Shown: positions 29,551-40,981, numbered from the stretch's first letter. The stretch: 64,000 bases of DNA from Chloroflexota bacterium (GCA_965261345.1 OZ253449.1:1408001-1472000); one strand, 5' to 3'. The notes: generated from the letters alone by a model not told the origin. Made by a program: numbers and translations.

Positions 29551-31042
29551 CGGGAATCACCCGCCATCCCGAAGTCCTGCCAACCGGACGTGCCGCTTTG
29601 GAGCAGGGAGCTATCGCCGGCGCGGCGGCGACTGCCCGACGCCGGCGACTCGATGATCGAGCCGATATCGCCGAAGCCGAAGCGCCCATGGTCGGCGGCG
29701 ATCCCCAGGGCCCTGTCGACTGTTTCGCTGCGGTGCAGACGTGACAGGGTCACGATCTCGTCCAGCTTGGCTCCAATTCTTCCCGACCCGCTCTGGGAAG
29801 CTTTGAGCAACCAGCGCTCGGCGTTGGTACCAATCCCCAGGAACGCTCGCTCGCGCTCGGTCCTAGCTTGCGGCCGGCGCCGGAGTGATCCCGGTGGGGC
29901 GGCCGGGAAGTGGGAGGGATCGATGACCCTTCTTCCCGGCAAGGCGCAGCGGTGTCTGGCGACCTCGGTTAATCCGCCGGCTGCGGGCGCGACAACTACC
30001 AGCTCGTCACCCTCTGACCGCACCCATACGGTCTCGTCAGCGAAGGCATGAGGAACCGAATATTGGGCCCCGCCGAAGCTGATCAGGGAGGTGCGGTTGG
30101 CCCGGCGGGTTACACCGAAGGCGACGGTAAACGGCGATCGCGGCAGGGGATGCAGGGAACTTTGCTCTTGGCTGAGCATCTGATCCGGGGCCTGGGCGGT
30201 GATACGGTGCTGGCGGGCGTTTACGGTGTCGGTGAACGCCTGGCAGGCGCCGACCAGCTCTGCCCAGGAAGAGTAAGCCGGCCGCAGGTTGGCGGTGGTC
30301 GGCACCAGGTCGGCCTTGGCGATCCTCACTGTTGCTTCGGATCCACCCTTGGATTGGGGATCAGCCGGTTGGCAGGTGGTGATCGTGGTGCCGTAGTGGG
30401 CTCCGCAGGCGACCATGAGCGGGTGTCTTACCGATATGCCGGCGATGTGCTCGGTCGTAACCGTCTTCTCGTTGTCGGTTAGCCAATAGGTGGGAACACC
30501 GCCGAAGGAGTGCATGGCCCGGTCCAGACAGGCAATTACGGTCTCCAATCTGCGATCGCGCACCGGGATGACCACCCGGAAGCGCGACCACGCCAGCCAG
30601 GCACAGAAGAGGGAGGTCCTAAGCCCGTTTATCCGGGGACCCTCGCCCCAGTCCCACCCAAGCCCACATCCCTGGCTCGGTCACCTGAGGGCCGGAAGAT
30701 GCGGCGGTTGTCTTTGCGGTGAGAGCGCTTGGCTTCGGCGACCGCTCTTCTGACCGTGCGCTCGGATCCGGCAAAGCCCATCGCCTTGAGCTTCTGATGG
30801 CAAATGTCGGCCCTGACGTTGCCCTTAGAGCGGGAGATCCACTCCTCGATCTTGGGTCGGTAGGGGTCGATCTTGGAGGGACGCCGTTTGGGCGACCTGG
30901 TTTGCAGTTGACCGCGGGCACGCCGGGCAACGTAATCGGCCACGGTCACATGCGAACAGCCGCAAAGTCGGGCAGCCGCCTTATATGAACCGGTCAGGTC
31001 GAATGCTTCAAGAATTTTCATTGCTTCCTCATGAGACTTCAT
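29547..31042 (-). pseudogene. istA: IS21 transposase, frameshifted
   Basis: MKSHEEAMKILEAFDLTGSY HTH, then LTDNEKT and DPQSKGGSE DDE motifs; two frame breaks near 30660-30690. Confidence 0.88.
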
Positions 31043-31807
31043 ATGCGACCCCTGCTTGGTGATGCGCGTCTTGCATGACTCGCAAGTCAAGCAGGGGGAG
31101 CACCCGGCGCAGGTCATTTCCTCGCCGGGATTAAATCGTTGTGAGAGGAGAGATCAGGCGGTCAGGGGCACGCTCTCAAATGGCCGCCAGCGGACAGTTT
31201 TCGTGACCGCCAGCGGACACTTATCATGGCCGCCACCGGACAGAAACCAATGTCCGTCCACATGCGCAGCGGGAAACGGGGGCGGCGATCACGATTCATC
31301 CTGGACGAAACCCGCAGGCGCCCACGGAGATACTCGAACTGCTCGCCAACAGTGGGGCAGACATCTCCCGGGTGATCATGGGACATCTGGACCGCACGGT
31401 GTTCGCGTTCGATGCGCTGCTCAGCGTCGCCGAGTCGGGCTGTTGCCTCGAATGGGATCTGTTCGGCAATGAGGGGTCTTACTACCCGCAGGCCCAACTC
31501 GACATGCCCAGCGACGCTCGGCGGCTGGATTTCATCAGGCACGTAATCGATGCGGGTTATGGCGACCGAGTGGTCACCGGGCAGGACATCTTCACCAAGC
31601 ACCGGCTGGTCACTTATGGCGGGCACGGCTACGGCCACATCCTCGAAAACATCGTGCCCACGATGCGGCGCAAGGGCTTTTTGGAGGACGAAATTCGAGC
31701 GATGACAGAGGACAACCCAGCCAACATCCTCGCTCTTGCATGACCGTCCCTGAAGGGCGGTACCGAGCTCTAGGACCGAAATCAGTCTCAAGCTGGTTTG
31801 CCGCGCA

Positions 31808-32207
31808 CTCATCGGGGCGTGCGTTGGACGCTGCAATGCCCCGTGGACTCGGAAGTTGTTGCCAGAGCGAAGAATCCAATCCTGAAATCACCGGGGACAT
31901 CTCCGTTCGGCATATACCTTGGCCCAGGATTGTCGGGGTCGGTGCTAAATTGCCACCTCGGAAAGCAAGTCGGCATTGCCCGGCGAACTAACTAACCGGT
32001 TGTCTGCTCATCGGGGCGTGCGTTGGACGCTGCAATGCCCCGTGGACTCGGAAGTTGTTGCCAGAGCGGCCGAAGTCCAAGCCTGAAATCACCGGGGACA
32101 TCTCCGTTCGGCATATACCTTGGCCCAGGATTGTCGGGGTCGGTGCTAAATTGCCACCTCGGAAAGCAAGTCGGCATTGCCCGGCGAACTAACTAACCGG
32201 TTGTCTG
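31808..32207. repeat. Near-perfect tandem duplication of an approximately 200-bp non-coding unit
   Basis: Unit CTCATCGGGGCGTGCGTTGG...AACTAACTAACCGGTTGTCTG starts at 31808 and 32007; the copies differ only in one short patch. Confidence 0.92.
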
Positions 32208-32452
32208 CCACACTGTGGCTGCAGTCGATAGCCGAATGCCACCGGCGGCCGAGTAGCCTTCGGCCCCGGTACGTTGCCAGAATGCCCTCAATTGGCCCAA
32301 GCAACAGGTCAATCTCCCACCCGTCGCAAATGCCCGCAGTGTACAGGGCCACCGGATGAAGCGGTTTTGAGGTAGTTCGCGCAACTGCCTGCCCCGCGGT
32401 GGAATGGGCTTAGATCGTGCGGATCGATCTGCCAGTCGGCCCGCAACGTTGA

Positions 32453-33193
32453 TTAGAACGTCTCGGCGTCAGGACCAAACCACTGCTCGATAAGTGCGTT
32501 CAACGAGCCGTCTTCCTTCATCGCGTCGATGGCCCGATTGAGATTTTCTTTCAACGCAGCATCGGTCTCCCGCACCCCGATTCCGACACCGGTGGCCAGC
32601 ATTTCTTGGGGGCCAACCATTGCCAGCCCGACATCGCTATTTGCTATTTGCTCGCGGGCGAACTCGATATCGACAAGCGTCGCATCCGCCTCGCCACTTC
32701 GGACAGCCGAGAAGACTTCCTCGGCCAATTGGTACTCAAGCAGCATCGCCTCCGATTGGGAGAGGAAGTCCGCCTGGATAGTGGCCACCTGGGCTGCCAC
32801 CCTACCGGTAACAACTTCGTCACCAGTTCCTGCCAGGGCAACGTAGACCGACGGACTGGGCGGGATGTACGACTGCGTGAAGTCGATTACCTCGTCTCGT
32901 TCGTCGGTGATGCTCATCCCGGCGAGGATAGTGTCGTAGTTGCCGGCCACGAGGTTGGGTATGATGTCGTCCCATTTGTTAGTCACCCAGGTGCATTCGA
33001 GGTTGGCCCGGCGGCAAAGCTCGTCACCCAGCTCCCGCTCGAACCCGGCGACCTCGCCGTCATCGTCGATGTAGTTGTAGGGAGGGTAAGCCCCCTCCGT
33101 TCCCATCTTGACGGCATCGGGGTCAGAAACACATGACGCGCAGATTGAGGCTAGGACCGCGGCCGCAAGAGCCAGCTTGATCAGCTTATTCAA
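32453..33193 (-). CDS. Polar amino acid ABC transporter substrate-binding lipoprotein (family 3)
   Basis: Lipoprotein-type signal, MGTEGAYPPYN, WDDIIPNL and GMSITDER motifs; no permease or ATPase adjacent. Confidence 0.9.
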   Translation of the reverse strand: MNKLIKLALAAAVLASICASCVSDPDAVKMGTEGAYPPYNYIDDDGEVAGFERELGDELCRRANLECTWVTNKWDDIIPNLVAGNYDTILAGMSITDERDEVIDFTQSYIPPSPSVYVALAGTGDEVVTGRVAAQVATIQADFLSQSEAMLLEYQLAEEVFSAVRSGEADATLVDIEFAREQIANSDVGLAMVGPQEMLATGVGIGVRETDAALKENLNRAIDAMKEDGSLNALIEQWFGPDAETF

Positions 33194-33605
33194 GGCGCTT
33201 GCCCATGCTTATGACGTCATCGACCGAGTATCCAATAGAGCGGTAGAACTCAACCGCGCCGGCGTTTGAGTTTCTGATCTGCAGATTTACCTTGGGACAA
33301 CCCATCTCTCTGAGGCGTGCTTCCGCCTCGTCCATAAGACGGCGCCCGAATCCCATACTCTGAAAGTTCGTAGCCACCGCCAGATAGTTGATCCAACCTC
33401 GATGACCTTCGTACCCGGCCATCACAGTCCCTACCAACTTGGAACCGATTATTCCCACCAGAAACAACTCCCGCTGGGCGTTCAGCTTACGGTAGATATC
33501 CTTGCCAGGATCGTTTTGGGGCGTGACCAGTCCGCACTCTCGCCACAGTTCTACAACGGCGCCCCGGTCAGATTCCCGGCAGGCCCGGATCTGCAGCTCT
33601 CCCAC
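33186..33605 (-). CDS. GNAT acetyltransferase (YpeA-like)
   Basis: NDPGKDI.RK, VMAGYEGHRGWINYLAV and GCPKVNLQIR motifs. Confidence 0.9.
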   Translation of the reverse strand: MGELQIRACRESDRGAVVELWRECGLVTPQNDPGKDIYRKLNAQRELFLVGIIGSKLVGTVMAGYEGHRGWINYLAVATNFQSMGFGRRLMDEAEARLREMGCPKVNLQIRNSNAGAVEFYRSIGYSVDDVISMGKRLE

Positions 33606-33699
33606 GTCTTCCTTCTCTATGCCCGGTATGAACAGCGACGCTTATTCTGGCCGGGTGTGTGTCAATTATTCTTGCCGGTTTTATTCCGGCTTTAGCTCC

Positions 33700-34310
33700 T
33701 CCTTTTCAAGCCCGGTCCGGTAACTGGGCACGTCAAATTCAAGTACGACAGCGTGATGGACGATTCGGTCGCCCGCGGCCGCCGCCGCCATCGGCTTGGG
33801 GAAGATCTTGCCTCATTCGGAGAAGACCAGATTCGATGAGATCCCGATCGAGCGCCGCGCATAGCGCTCGGCAATCAGGGTAAAGAGCACCTCGGCCTCA
33901 TCTATCCCCTACGGCAGGTAACCCAAATCGTCGATGATGATCAGGTCGATGTAGTCGAGCTTGCGCAATAGCCGCGGCAGATCCAGGTTGCGCTTGGCCG
34001 CCAATAGCTCCTTGCACCAACCGATAGGCCGGGGCAAACAGCACCGATCTACCGTTCTCGACCAGCTTGTGTCCAATGGCGCACAGGGCATGGGTCTTGC
34101 CGGTGCCGGGCAGACCGAAGGCCAGGACATTGACGGCACGATCTAAAAACTGTCCCTCCAGCAGGTCCCCCAGTTGGGCCCTGAGCACCGGCGGCAGTTT
34201 CTGCTGCTCAAAGTTGTCCCAGGTCTTACCCGGCGGGAGCCGCGAGGACTTGCGCAGCCTATCCACCCGCCGCTGGTAACGATCGTCCATTTCCTGACCG
34301 AAGACTTCCA
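33700..34310 (-). pseudogene. istB: Degraded IstB ATPase of a second, different IS21 element
   Basis: GLPGTGKTH, IIIDDLGYLP*, EVLFTLIAERY and DRIVHHAVVLEF, with one frameshift and in-frame stops; no istA or ends recognised. Confidence 0.85.
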
Positions 34311-34845
34311 GCCCGGTTGGTCCGGCTGCCCGCTACCATCCTCAACTTGCTCGAGTAAGTGGATGACCTGACCGTCATCGTCTCAGTCATCATCCCGCGA
34401 ATCATCGTCCCGGTCATCATCGCCCCGTTCGTCGATGGAACCATTCAGTCCTTCGGTTCGTTCGACCGTGACCTCTCGCGTTGGGACATGATTTCAACTC
34501 GGTGTCGTGTTGCTACAGCTTGCCCCAACTATCACGAGCATGACTGCAAGCAGGATACCAACGACCACTCGTTTGGTAGCAACTGGTTAACGGACAGGCT
34601 CGTTAACTACTTCATCCTCCCCACCACCACCTTCGGTTGCGCTCACTTACACCGCCCACGCGAACCGTACTCCTCGGCGTCGACTGCGGAATAGGGCGTT
34701 TAATGGGACTCTGCGGTGCTCTAGTCGTCGCCAAAATGGCGGCCAAGAAGGACCGAAGCAGTGCAATGGCAGTCCATCTTAGGATTTGTCGATCCTCAGA
34801 ACCTAACGTGAGCCTCAACGTGAAGGATCTCCATGTTGTCCCGTT

Positions 34846-34921
34846 TGGTGGAGCGAAAGGGACTCGAACCCTCGACCTCTACAATGCGAGTGTAGCGCTC
34901 TTCCAGCTGAGCTATCGCCCC
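34846..34921 (-). tRNA. tRNA-Ala(CGC)
   Basis: rc GGGGCGATAGCTCAGCTGGAAGAGCGCTACACTCGCATTGTAGAGGTCGAGGGTTCGAGTCCCTTTCGCTCCACCA: cloverleaf, anticodon CGC, G3:U70, encoded CCA. Confidence 0.95.
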
Positions 34922-34945
34922 GCTCAGCGCCCTAAATCGGGGACG

Positions 34946-35203
34946 CTAGCTGGCAGTAATTATGTTGACGTAGCGACGCTTATCGTGGCGCTTTTCGAAC
35001 TTGACCAGGCCCGGCTGCAGCGCAAATAGGGTGTGATCGCGACCCATCCCGACGTTACGTCCCGGATGGATGCGGGTCCCGCGCTGGCGACAGATGATAT
35101 TGCCGGTCTTGACCAGTTGCCCGTCATAGAGCTTGACCCCGAGCATCTTGGGGTTCGAATCACGCCCGTTGCGGGATGTTCCGCCGGATTTCTTCTTGGC
35201 CAT
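34946..35203 (-). CDS. rpmA: 50S ribosomal protein L27
   Basis: [24 protein letters not shown]...RQRGT...GRDHTLFA. Confidence 0.97.
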   Translation of the reverse strand: MAKKKSGGTSRNGRDSNPKMLGVKLYDGQLVKTGNIICRQRGTRIHPGRNVGMGRDHTLFALQPGLVKFEKRHDKRRYVNIITAS

Positions 35204-35207
35204 TTGA

Positions 35208-35558
35208 TCAGTCCTGGGTTTCGGGGTAGGAGGTTCGTCGGGTGCGGCCCAACCGGATACTGGTGACCTTTAAGACCGTCTGATTCTGGCGGTGGCCGGC
35301 ACGCCGTTCGTAGTGTTTCTTGGCCTTGTAGCGTTGCACCCTGATCTTGGGGCCACGGGTGTGCGCCACGACCTTGCAGGTGACCGTGGCCCCGCTCAAA
35401 TCCGGCACCCCGATCTTGACACCCTTCTCGTCGGCGATTAGCAGGACGTCATCGACCACGAACTCGCTGTTGGGTTCGGCCGCGATGCGATTGACGATAA
35501 AGGAATCACCGACCCGGACGATGTTTTGGCGCGAGGATGCGTTTATTACGGCAAACAA
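35208..35558 (-). CDS. rplU: 50S ribosomal protein L21
   Basis: [24 protein letters not shown]; upstream of rpmA; TTG start inferred. Confidence 0.93.
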   Translation of the reverse strand: MFAVINASSRQNIVRVGDSFIVNRIAAEPNSEFVVDDVLLIADEKGVKIGVPDLSGATVTCKVVAHTRGPKIRVQRYKAKKHYERRAGHRQNQTVLKVTSIRLGRTRRTSYPETQD

Positions 35559-35677
35559 TTCAATGCAACAGACTGCAACAGTAGATAGGACGGCGCCAAG
35601 AAACGGCGCTGCCAAATCTAGCAAAAACCACCGGCTCGGTCAATAAGACGGTCCAGTTACCGGCCAAGGTCGCCTTT

Positions 35678-35950
35678 TTATCTCCGTTTACGGCCTGCAC
35701 CGCGCCGGGATCGGGGCGACTTTGGCCCCCTTGCGGCATTGGCGGCCGGAAACCTGCGCTTCCAGACCAGGTACGCGGCCGGGCCCACGACCCAGACCAT
35801 TAGGATCGCCAGTCCCCAGATGGCCCGGGTTAAAAGCGTCATCTGCCAGGCGGGGCGGCGGGTCACATCGAGCAGTGCCAGAACAACCAGCACGAAATTT
35901 AACGGAATGACTAGGAAGTACATGATGGCGCCGATCGTTTCATCGGGCAT
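35678..35950 (-). CDS. Small membrane protein, PLDc N-terminal-like
   Basis: Two hydrophobic helices, ALLDV..R...WGLAIL...VGPAAYL and a basic tail. Confidence 0.65.
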   Translation of the reverse strand: MPDETIGAIMYFLVIPLNFVLVVLALLDVTRRPAWQMTLLTRAIWGLAILMVWVVGPAAYLVWKRRFPAANAARGPKSPRSRRGAGRKRR

Positions 35951-36113
35951 GGGTTTATCTGTCCTTCCCAGCTAGCGGATCTGACGGCGAAATGCCTGCC
36001 GCCAAAATCTAACCGGTCAGGAGATTGCCCCCGCGATAAATGCAACCGGCGTCAAAACGGCGGGTCGATAATTTAGCCAGGGCCAACAGGGGCAATTGAG
36101 TGGGAGGCCGGCG

Positions 36114-37181
36114 ATGGCAGTCGAAGCAAGTTCAGTGCTCTCGACCCGCGCGCTGATGGAAGAGAAGCTCGCCGGGATCGTGCCCGATTTCGAGATCGAG
36201 TACAAAGCCGAGATCGCCTACGCGGTAAATGAGCTCAAGCGCGAACGCGGTGCGGTGATTCTGGGCCACAACTACATGGAACCGGCGCTCTACCATACCG
36301 TCTGCGACTACCATGGCGATTCGCTCGAGTTGTCGAGGATCGCCGCCCGCACCGACTGCGACCCGATCGTGTTCTGCGGGGTCCGGTTCATGGCCGAGAC
36401 CGCCAAGATCCTAAATCCGCAGCGTACGGTTCTGCTTCCGGCCAAGGTCGCCGGCTGTTCGCTGGCGGCCTCGATTACCGCCGCCGACGTTAGGGCGCTG
36501 CGGGAGCAGTACCCCGGGGTGCCAATCGTGGCCTACGTAAATACCTACGCTGACGTGAAGGCCGAGGTCGACATCTGCTGTACTTCGGCCAATGCCCAGG
36601 CCGTCGTCGAGTCGCTGGGATCCGACACCGTAATCTTTCTGCCCGATGAATACCTGGCCCGCAACGTGGCCCGCGACATGGGGCGAAGGGTGATCCTGCC
36701 CGGGTCCAAGCCGGTAAGCGCGGCCCAACAGGACGATGATGCCCGAATCGGACTCGAGCACACCCTAATCGGCTGGCGTGGGCGCTGCGAGGTGCATGAG
36801 AAATTCACCCCCGAGGATGTTGCCGCGGTCCGCAAGCAGTTTCCCGACGTGATCGTCCTGGCCCACCCCGAATGTAGCCCCGAGGTCGTCGACGTCGCCG
36901 ATTTTTCCGGGTCTACCGGGGCGATGATCGCATTCGTCAACCGTGCCCGGGCGGGACGCTACCTGCTCCTGACCGAATGCGCGATGGGCGACAACATCGC
37001 CGCCGAGGCGCGCGATAAGGAGATGCTTCGGCTGTGCTCGGTGCGCTGTCCGCACATGAACGAAATCACCCTGGAGAACGTGCTCGAATCACTGCGCGAC
37101 AACGTCCAGCAGATCGAGGTGCCCGAGGACATCAGACTGCGCGCGCTCGGATCGATCCAGAAGATGATTGCGATCGGCTAG
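36114..37181 (+). CDS. nadA: Quinolinate synthase
   Basis: ILGHNY, GDSLELS, FCGVRFMAETAKILNP, GCSLA, YVNT, CTSAN, AHPEC and CPHMNEITL motifs. Confidence 0.96.
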   Translation: MAVEASSVLSTRALMEEKLAGIVPDFEIEYKAEIAYAVNELKRERGAVILGHNYMEPALYHTVCDYHGDSLELSRIAARTDCDPIVFCGVRFMAETAKILNPQRTVLLPAKVAGCSLAASITAADVRALREQYPGVPIVAYVNTYADVKAEVDICCTSANAQAVVESLGSDTVIFLPDEYLARNVARDMGRRVILPGSKPVSAAQQDDDARIGLEHTLIGWRGRCEVHEKFTPEDVAAVRKQFPDVIVLAHPECSPEVVDVADFSGSTGAMIAFVNRARAGRYLLLTECAMGDNIAAEARDKEMLRLCSVRCPHMNEITLENVLESLRDNVQQIEVPEDIRLRALGSIQKMIAIG

Positions 37182-37222
37182 ATCGATAAGCCCGGGGGAC
37201 TTGACCGCCCCGGGGCCGGTCC

Positions 37223-38230
<1,008 letters not shown>

Positions 38231-38696
38231 GGCTACCTACTTTCTGGGCAGTGCCATTGGGTTGTTTCTTGTATTTCCGGCTCTACCAATTGATACGTAC
38301 GCCGACCGCAATCGGATTTTTCGGCAACGTCTTTTAAGGTCGCGGTTTGGTTGCGCGCGGTGCCGGGTTCGGATTGTTCTTCAAGCTGACCGTTTCGGGC
38401 GCCCTCGGTTCAGTCGCCTGTCGGCGAGATCTGGCCTGTGGGCGGCTCAGCGCGGGTGATGCCGCATGAGCTCAAGTTCAAAATTCTTAGCGGTCAGCGG
38501 TCGGCGGTAGGTTCAACTGGCAGTGTTGGATTTATTTCAAGCAGAACGTCCAATATAGCAGATGTCGGCAAGAAAGCAAAATCGGGCGGCCACATTTGGG
38601 CGCTTTAGTCGTTGCTAATCTGGCTCCGGGCGGGGAAAGCCAAAATTTAATATGGTGATAGATGTAAACGCAAGCAGGCGTCGGAGCGGGGGTGAT

Positions 38697-39350
38697 ATGA
38701 GCAAGGGATCATCGCCGCGGCAGGACATCGTGCGCATTCTGCGCCAGCACGGCCCGCTCGACCTGGCCGAGATCGCTCGCCACTACGGAGCCCGCACCCA
38801 GTCGCTGCGACCCCAACTCAACTGGTTGCTGGCCGATTCCTACGTGACCGTGGATACGGTCCGCGGCGGGGTTGGCCGCCCCCGCAATCGCTACCGCTTG
38901 ACCGCGCGCGCCGATGAGATGTTTCCCAAGGACTACCGCGATCTGGTGGTGGAGCTGGTCGCGTCGGCGGCCACCCAGGGCGAAGTGGAACTGGTGCGCA
39001 GCGTTTTTATTCGCCGCGAATTCGCGCTGGAATCGGAAATTGGCCCAATGCTGCTGGGCCGCAGCCTGGAGGAGAAGCTGGACATAATCTGCCGGGCGAT
39101 GAGCTCGCGCGGTTTTATGGCCCGCTACTTTGCCAGCGACGACGGATTCGTACTCGAGGCCAGCAACTGCCCGGTATCGGCGGTGGTCGAAATCACCGAC
39201 CTGCCCTGCAGTTGCGAGCGCGACATGATCGGTCGTCTGCTGGCCGGCGAGGCGGTAGTCGAATCGACCAAGCGCCTGCCCCTAAATGACGATGTCTGTA
39301 CGTATGCGGTGCGCCCGGTTCCGGCCCCGGCGCCCGGTTCCGGGCAATAG
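38697..39350 (+). CDS. SufR-like HTH transcriptional regulator
   Basis: N-terminal wHTH with GVGRPRNRYRLT...FPKDY; C-terminal NCP...CxCE...C; heads an Fe-S operon. Confidence 0.8.
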   Translation: MSKGSSPRQDIVRILRQHGPLDLAEIARHYGARTQSLRPQLNWLLADSYVTVDTVRGGVGRPRNRYRLTARADEMFPKDYRDLVVELVASAATQGEVELVRSVFIRREFALESEIGPMLLGRSLEEKLDIICRAMSSRGFMARYFASDDGFVLEASNCPVSAVVEITDLPCSCERDMIGRLLAGEAVVESTKRLPLNDDVCTYAVRPVPAPAPGSGQ

Positions 39351-39365
39351 CCCCGGCAGACCAAG

Positions 39366-40529
39366 GTGAGCGCCCCGCCGCCGCGGATCTATCTCGACCA
39401 CGCCTCGACCACGCCGGTCAGCGAACCGGTGTTGGCCAAGATGCTGCCCTACTTCGGGGCCAACGGGTACAACCCTTCCGGACTGTATTTCGAATCGCGC
39501 AGCGCCCGGGCCGGCCTTGATGCCGCCCGGGCCGAGGTGGCCGGGGTGCTCGATTGCGATCCGCCCGACGTGGTCTTTACCGGGTCGGGCTCCGAAGGCG
39601 CCAACCTGGCGATCAAAGGGGCGGCGCTGGCCGCCCGCGCCCGCGGCCGTCCGGTGGTCGTAACCTCGGCGATCGAGCACCACTGCGTGCTGGGGGCGGG
39701 CCAATACCTGGAACGCTACGCCGATTGCCAGGTCCGGATTGTCGAGGTTGACGCCGACGGGCTAATCGACCCTGATCGCCTCGCCGCCGCGCTTGACCAA
39801 CGGGTCGGGGTGGTTTCGTTAATGTATGCCAACAACGAGATAGGGGTAATCCAGGACATCCCGACGCTGGCCGAGGTCGCCCACGCGGCCGGAGCGGTGT
39901 TTCACACCGACGCCGTCCAGGCCATCGCCAGCTGTCCGGCGCAGGTCGATGAGCTGGGGGTCGATCTGCTCTCGATTGCCGCCCACAAGTTCTATGGCCC
40001 CAAGGGGGTCGGGGTGCTTTTCGTACGTCCGGGCACAAGGGTTGTCCCGCAGATCCAGGGCGGCGACCAGGAGAACCGGCGCCGCGCCGGGACCGAAAAC
40101 GTGGCCCTGGCGGTCGGGCTGGCCGAGGGGCTCAGGTTGGCGCGCGCCGGCCAGCTAGAGAGCTGGCAGTGCAACCTGGCCCTGCGCCGCCGGATCGAGG
40201 ACGGGCTGGCCGGCATCGGCGGGATCCGGTTCAATGGCCACCGCCAGCAAAGGCTGGCCAACAACACCAATGTCTGTATCGAAGGTGTAAGGGCCGAACA
40301 GGTCCTGCTCGAACTGGACCGGGCCGGGATCGCCGCCTCGGCGGGATCGGCCTGCACCGCCGCCTCGGTCGAACCCTCGCACGTGCTTTTGGCCCTGGGC
40401 CTAAAGCCGGAAATTGCCCGGGCCAGCCTGCGGATAACCACCGGTCAGGGCAACGATGCCGGCCAGGTCGACCGCTTCCTGGAAGCGCTATCTGAGATAG
40501 TGGCCCGGCTGCGCGCCAAAGCCGGCTAG
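39366..40529 (+). CDS. iscS: Cysteine desulfurase (IscS/NifS type)
   Basis: IYLDHASTTP, NNEIG, FHTDAVQA, AHKFYGPKG, RAGTEN and SAGSAC motifs. Confidence 0.93.
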   Translation: MSAPPPRIYLDHASTTPVSEPVLAKMLPYFGANGYNPSGLYFESRSARAGLDAARAEVAGVLDCDPPDVVFTGSGSEGANLAIKGAALAARARGRPVVVTSAIEHHCVLGAGQYLERYADCQVRIVEVDADGLIDPDRLAAALDQRVGVVSLMYANNEIGVIQDIPTLAEVAHAAGAVFHTDAVQAIASCPAQVDELGVDLLSIAAHKFYGPKGVGVLFVRPGTRVVPQIQGGDQENRRRAGTENVALAVGLAEGLRLARAGQLESWQCNLALRRRIEDGLAGIGGIRFNGHRQQRLANNTNVCIEGVRAEQVLLELDRAGIAASAGSACTAASVEPSHVLLALGLKPEIARASLRITTGQGNDAGQVDRFLEALSEIVARLRAKAG

Positions 40530-40588
40530 GCTTGCCGGATAATCGGGGACAGGCGAACAGCAACCTTTAAGTAGCAGCGGACAGGCAA

Positions 40589-40981
40589 GTGGGCAGTATC
40601 TCAGTTAGCAAGCTGGCCGAAAGTCATATTGCCGCGACCCTGGATGACTCGGAGAACTTAGACAAATTCATCCGGATCAGGGTCAACAAGGGCGGATGCG
40701 CCGGATTTGAATACGACCTGGTGCTCGACAACAGCGTGGCCGATGATGATCAGGTCCATCGTGAGGGCAACTACCGCATCGTCTACGACGAATTCACCGC
40801 GGCCTTAATCGACGGTTCCCAGCTCGATTTCAATGAAAACCTGATCGGCCGCGGGTTCATGCTGCGCAATCCCAACGCCGAGATAACCTGCGGCTGCGGC
40901 ACCTCGTTTAGCGTCAAGCCGCGGCGTTCCCGGATGAAGCACATGCGCGATCGCAAAGAAGATCGCCCGCGAACGGAGTGA
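40589..40981 (+). CDS. A-type Fe-S carrier (IscA/SufA/HesB)
   Basis: GGCAGFEY and NPNA..TCGCGTSF motifs. Confidence 0.93.
   Translation: MGSISVSKLAESHIAATLDDSENLDKFIRIRVNKGGCAGFEYDLVLDNSVADDDQVHREGNYRIVYDEFTAALIDGSQLDFNENLIGRGFMLRNPNAEITCGCGTSFSVKPRRSRMKHMRDRKEDRPRTE

Larger units (their letters stand above)
28659..31262 (-). mobile_element. IS21 family insertion sequence (about 2.6 kb) with 5-bp target duplication
   Basis: TG...CA ends with IRs TGTTGGCGGACACTAGAAACTGTCCGG and rc TGTGGACGGACATTGGTTTCTGTCCGG, plus multiple internal AAACTGTCCG repeats. Direct repeat TGCGC at 28654-28658 and 31263-31267. Confidence 0.95.
28082..31743 (+). pseudogene. Phosphotriesterase-family hydrolase interrupted by an IS21 element
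   Basis: 5' half has IQTVLGP..TTMHEH..GIIGEIG; 3' half has ITIHPGR..MGHLDR..GQD..GGHGY. Removing 28659-31267 restores ...AAIAQRETGAAITIHPGR in frame. Confidence 0.92.

Noticed and set aside
31808-32207. Possible CRISPR array
   Set aside because: Two long adjacent copies with no unique spacers and no cas genes.
34330-34820. Asp-rich and hydrophobic fragments next to the tRNA
   Set aside because: Possibly a decayed secreted-protein gene, but there is no consistent frame or family signal.
38514-38528. CAAC-N7-GTTG as a SufR operator
   Set aside because: Spacing differs from the cyanobacterial CAAC-N6-GTTG, and 4-bp arms are too short to call.
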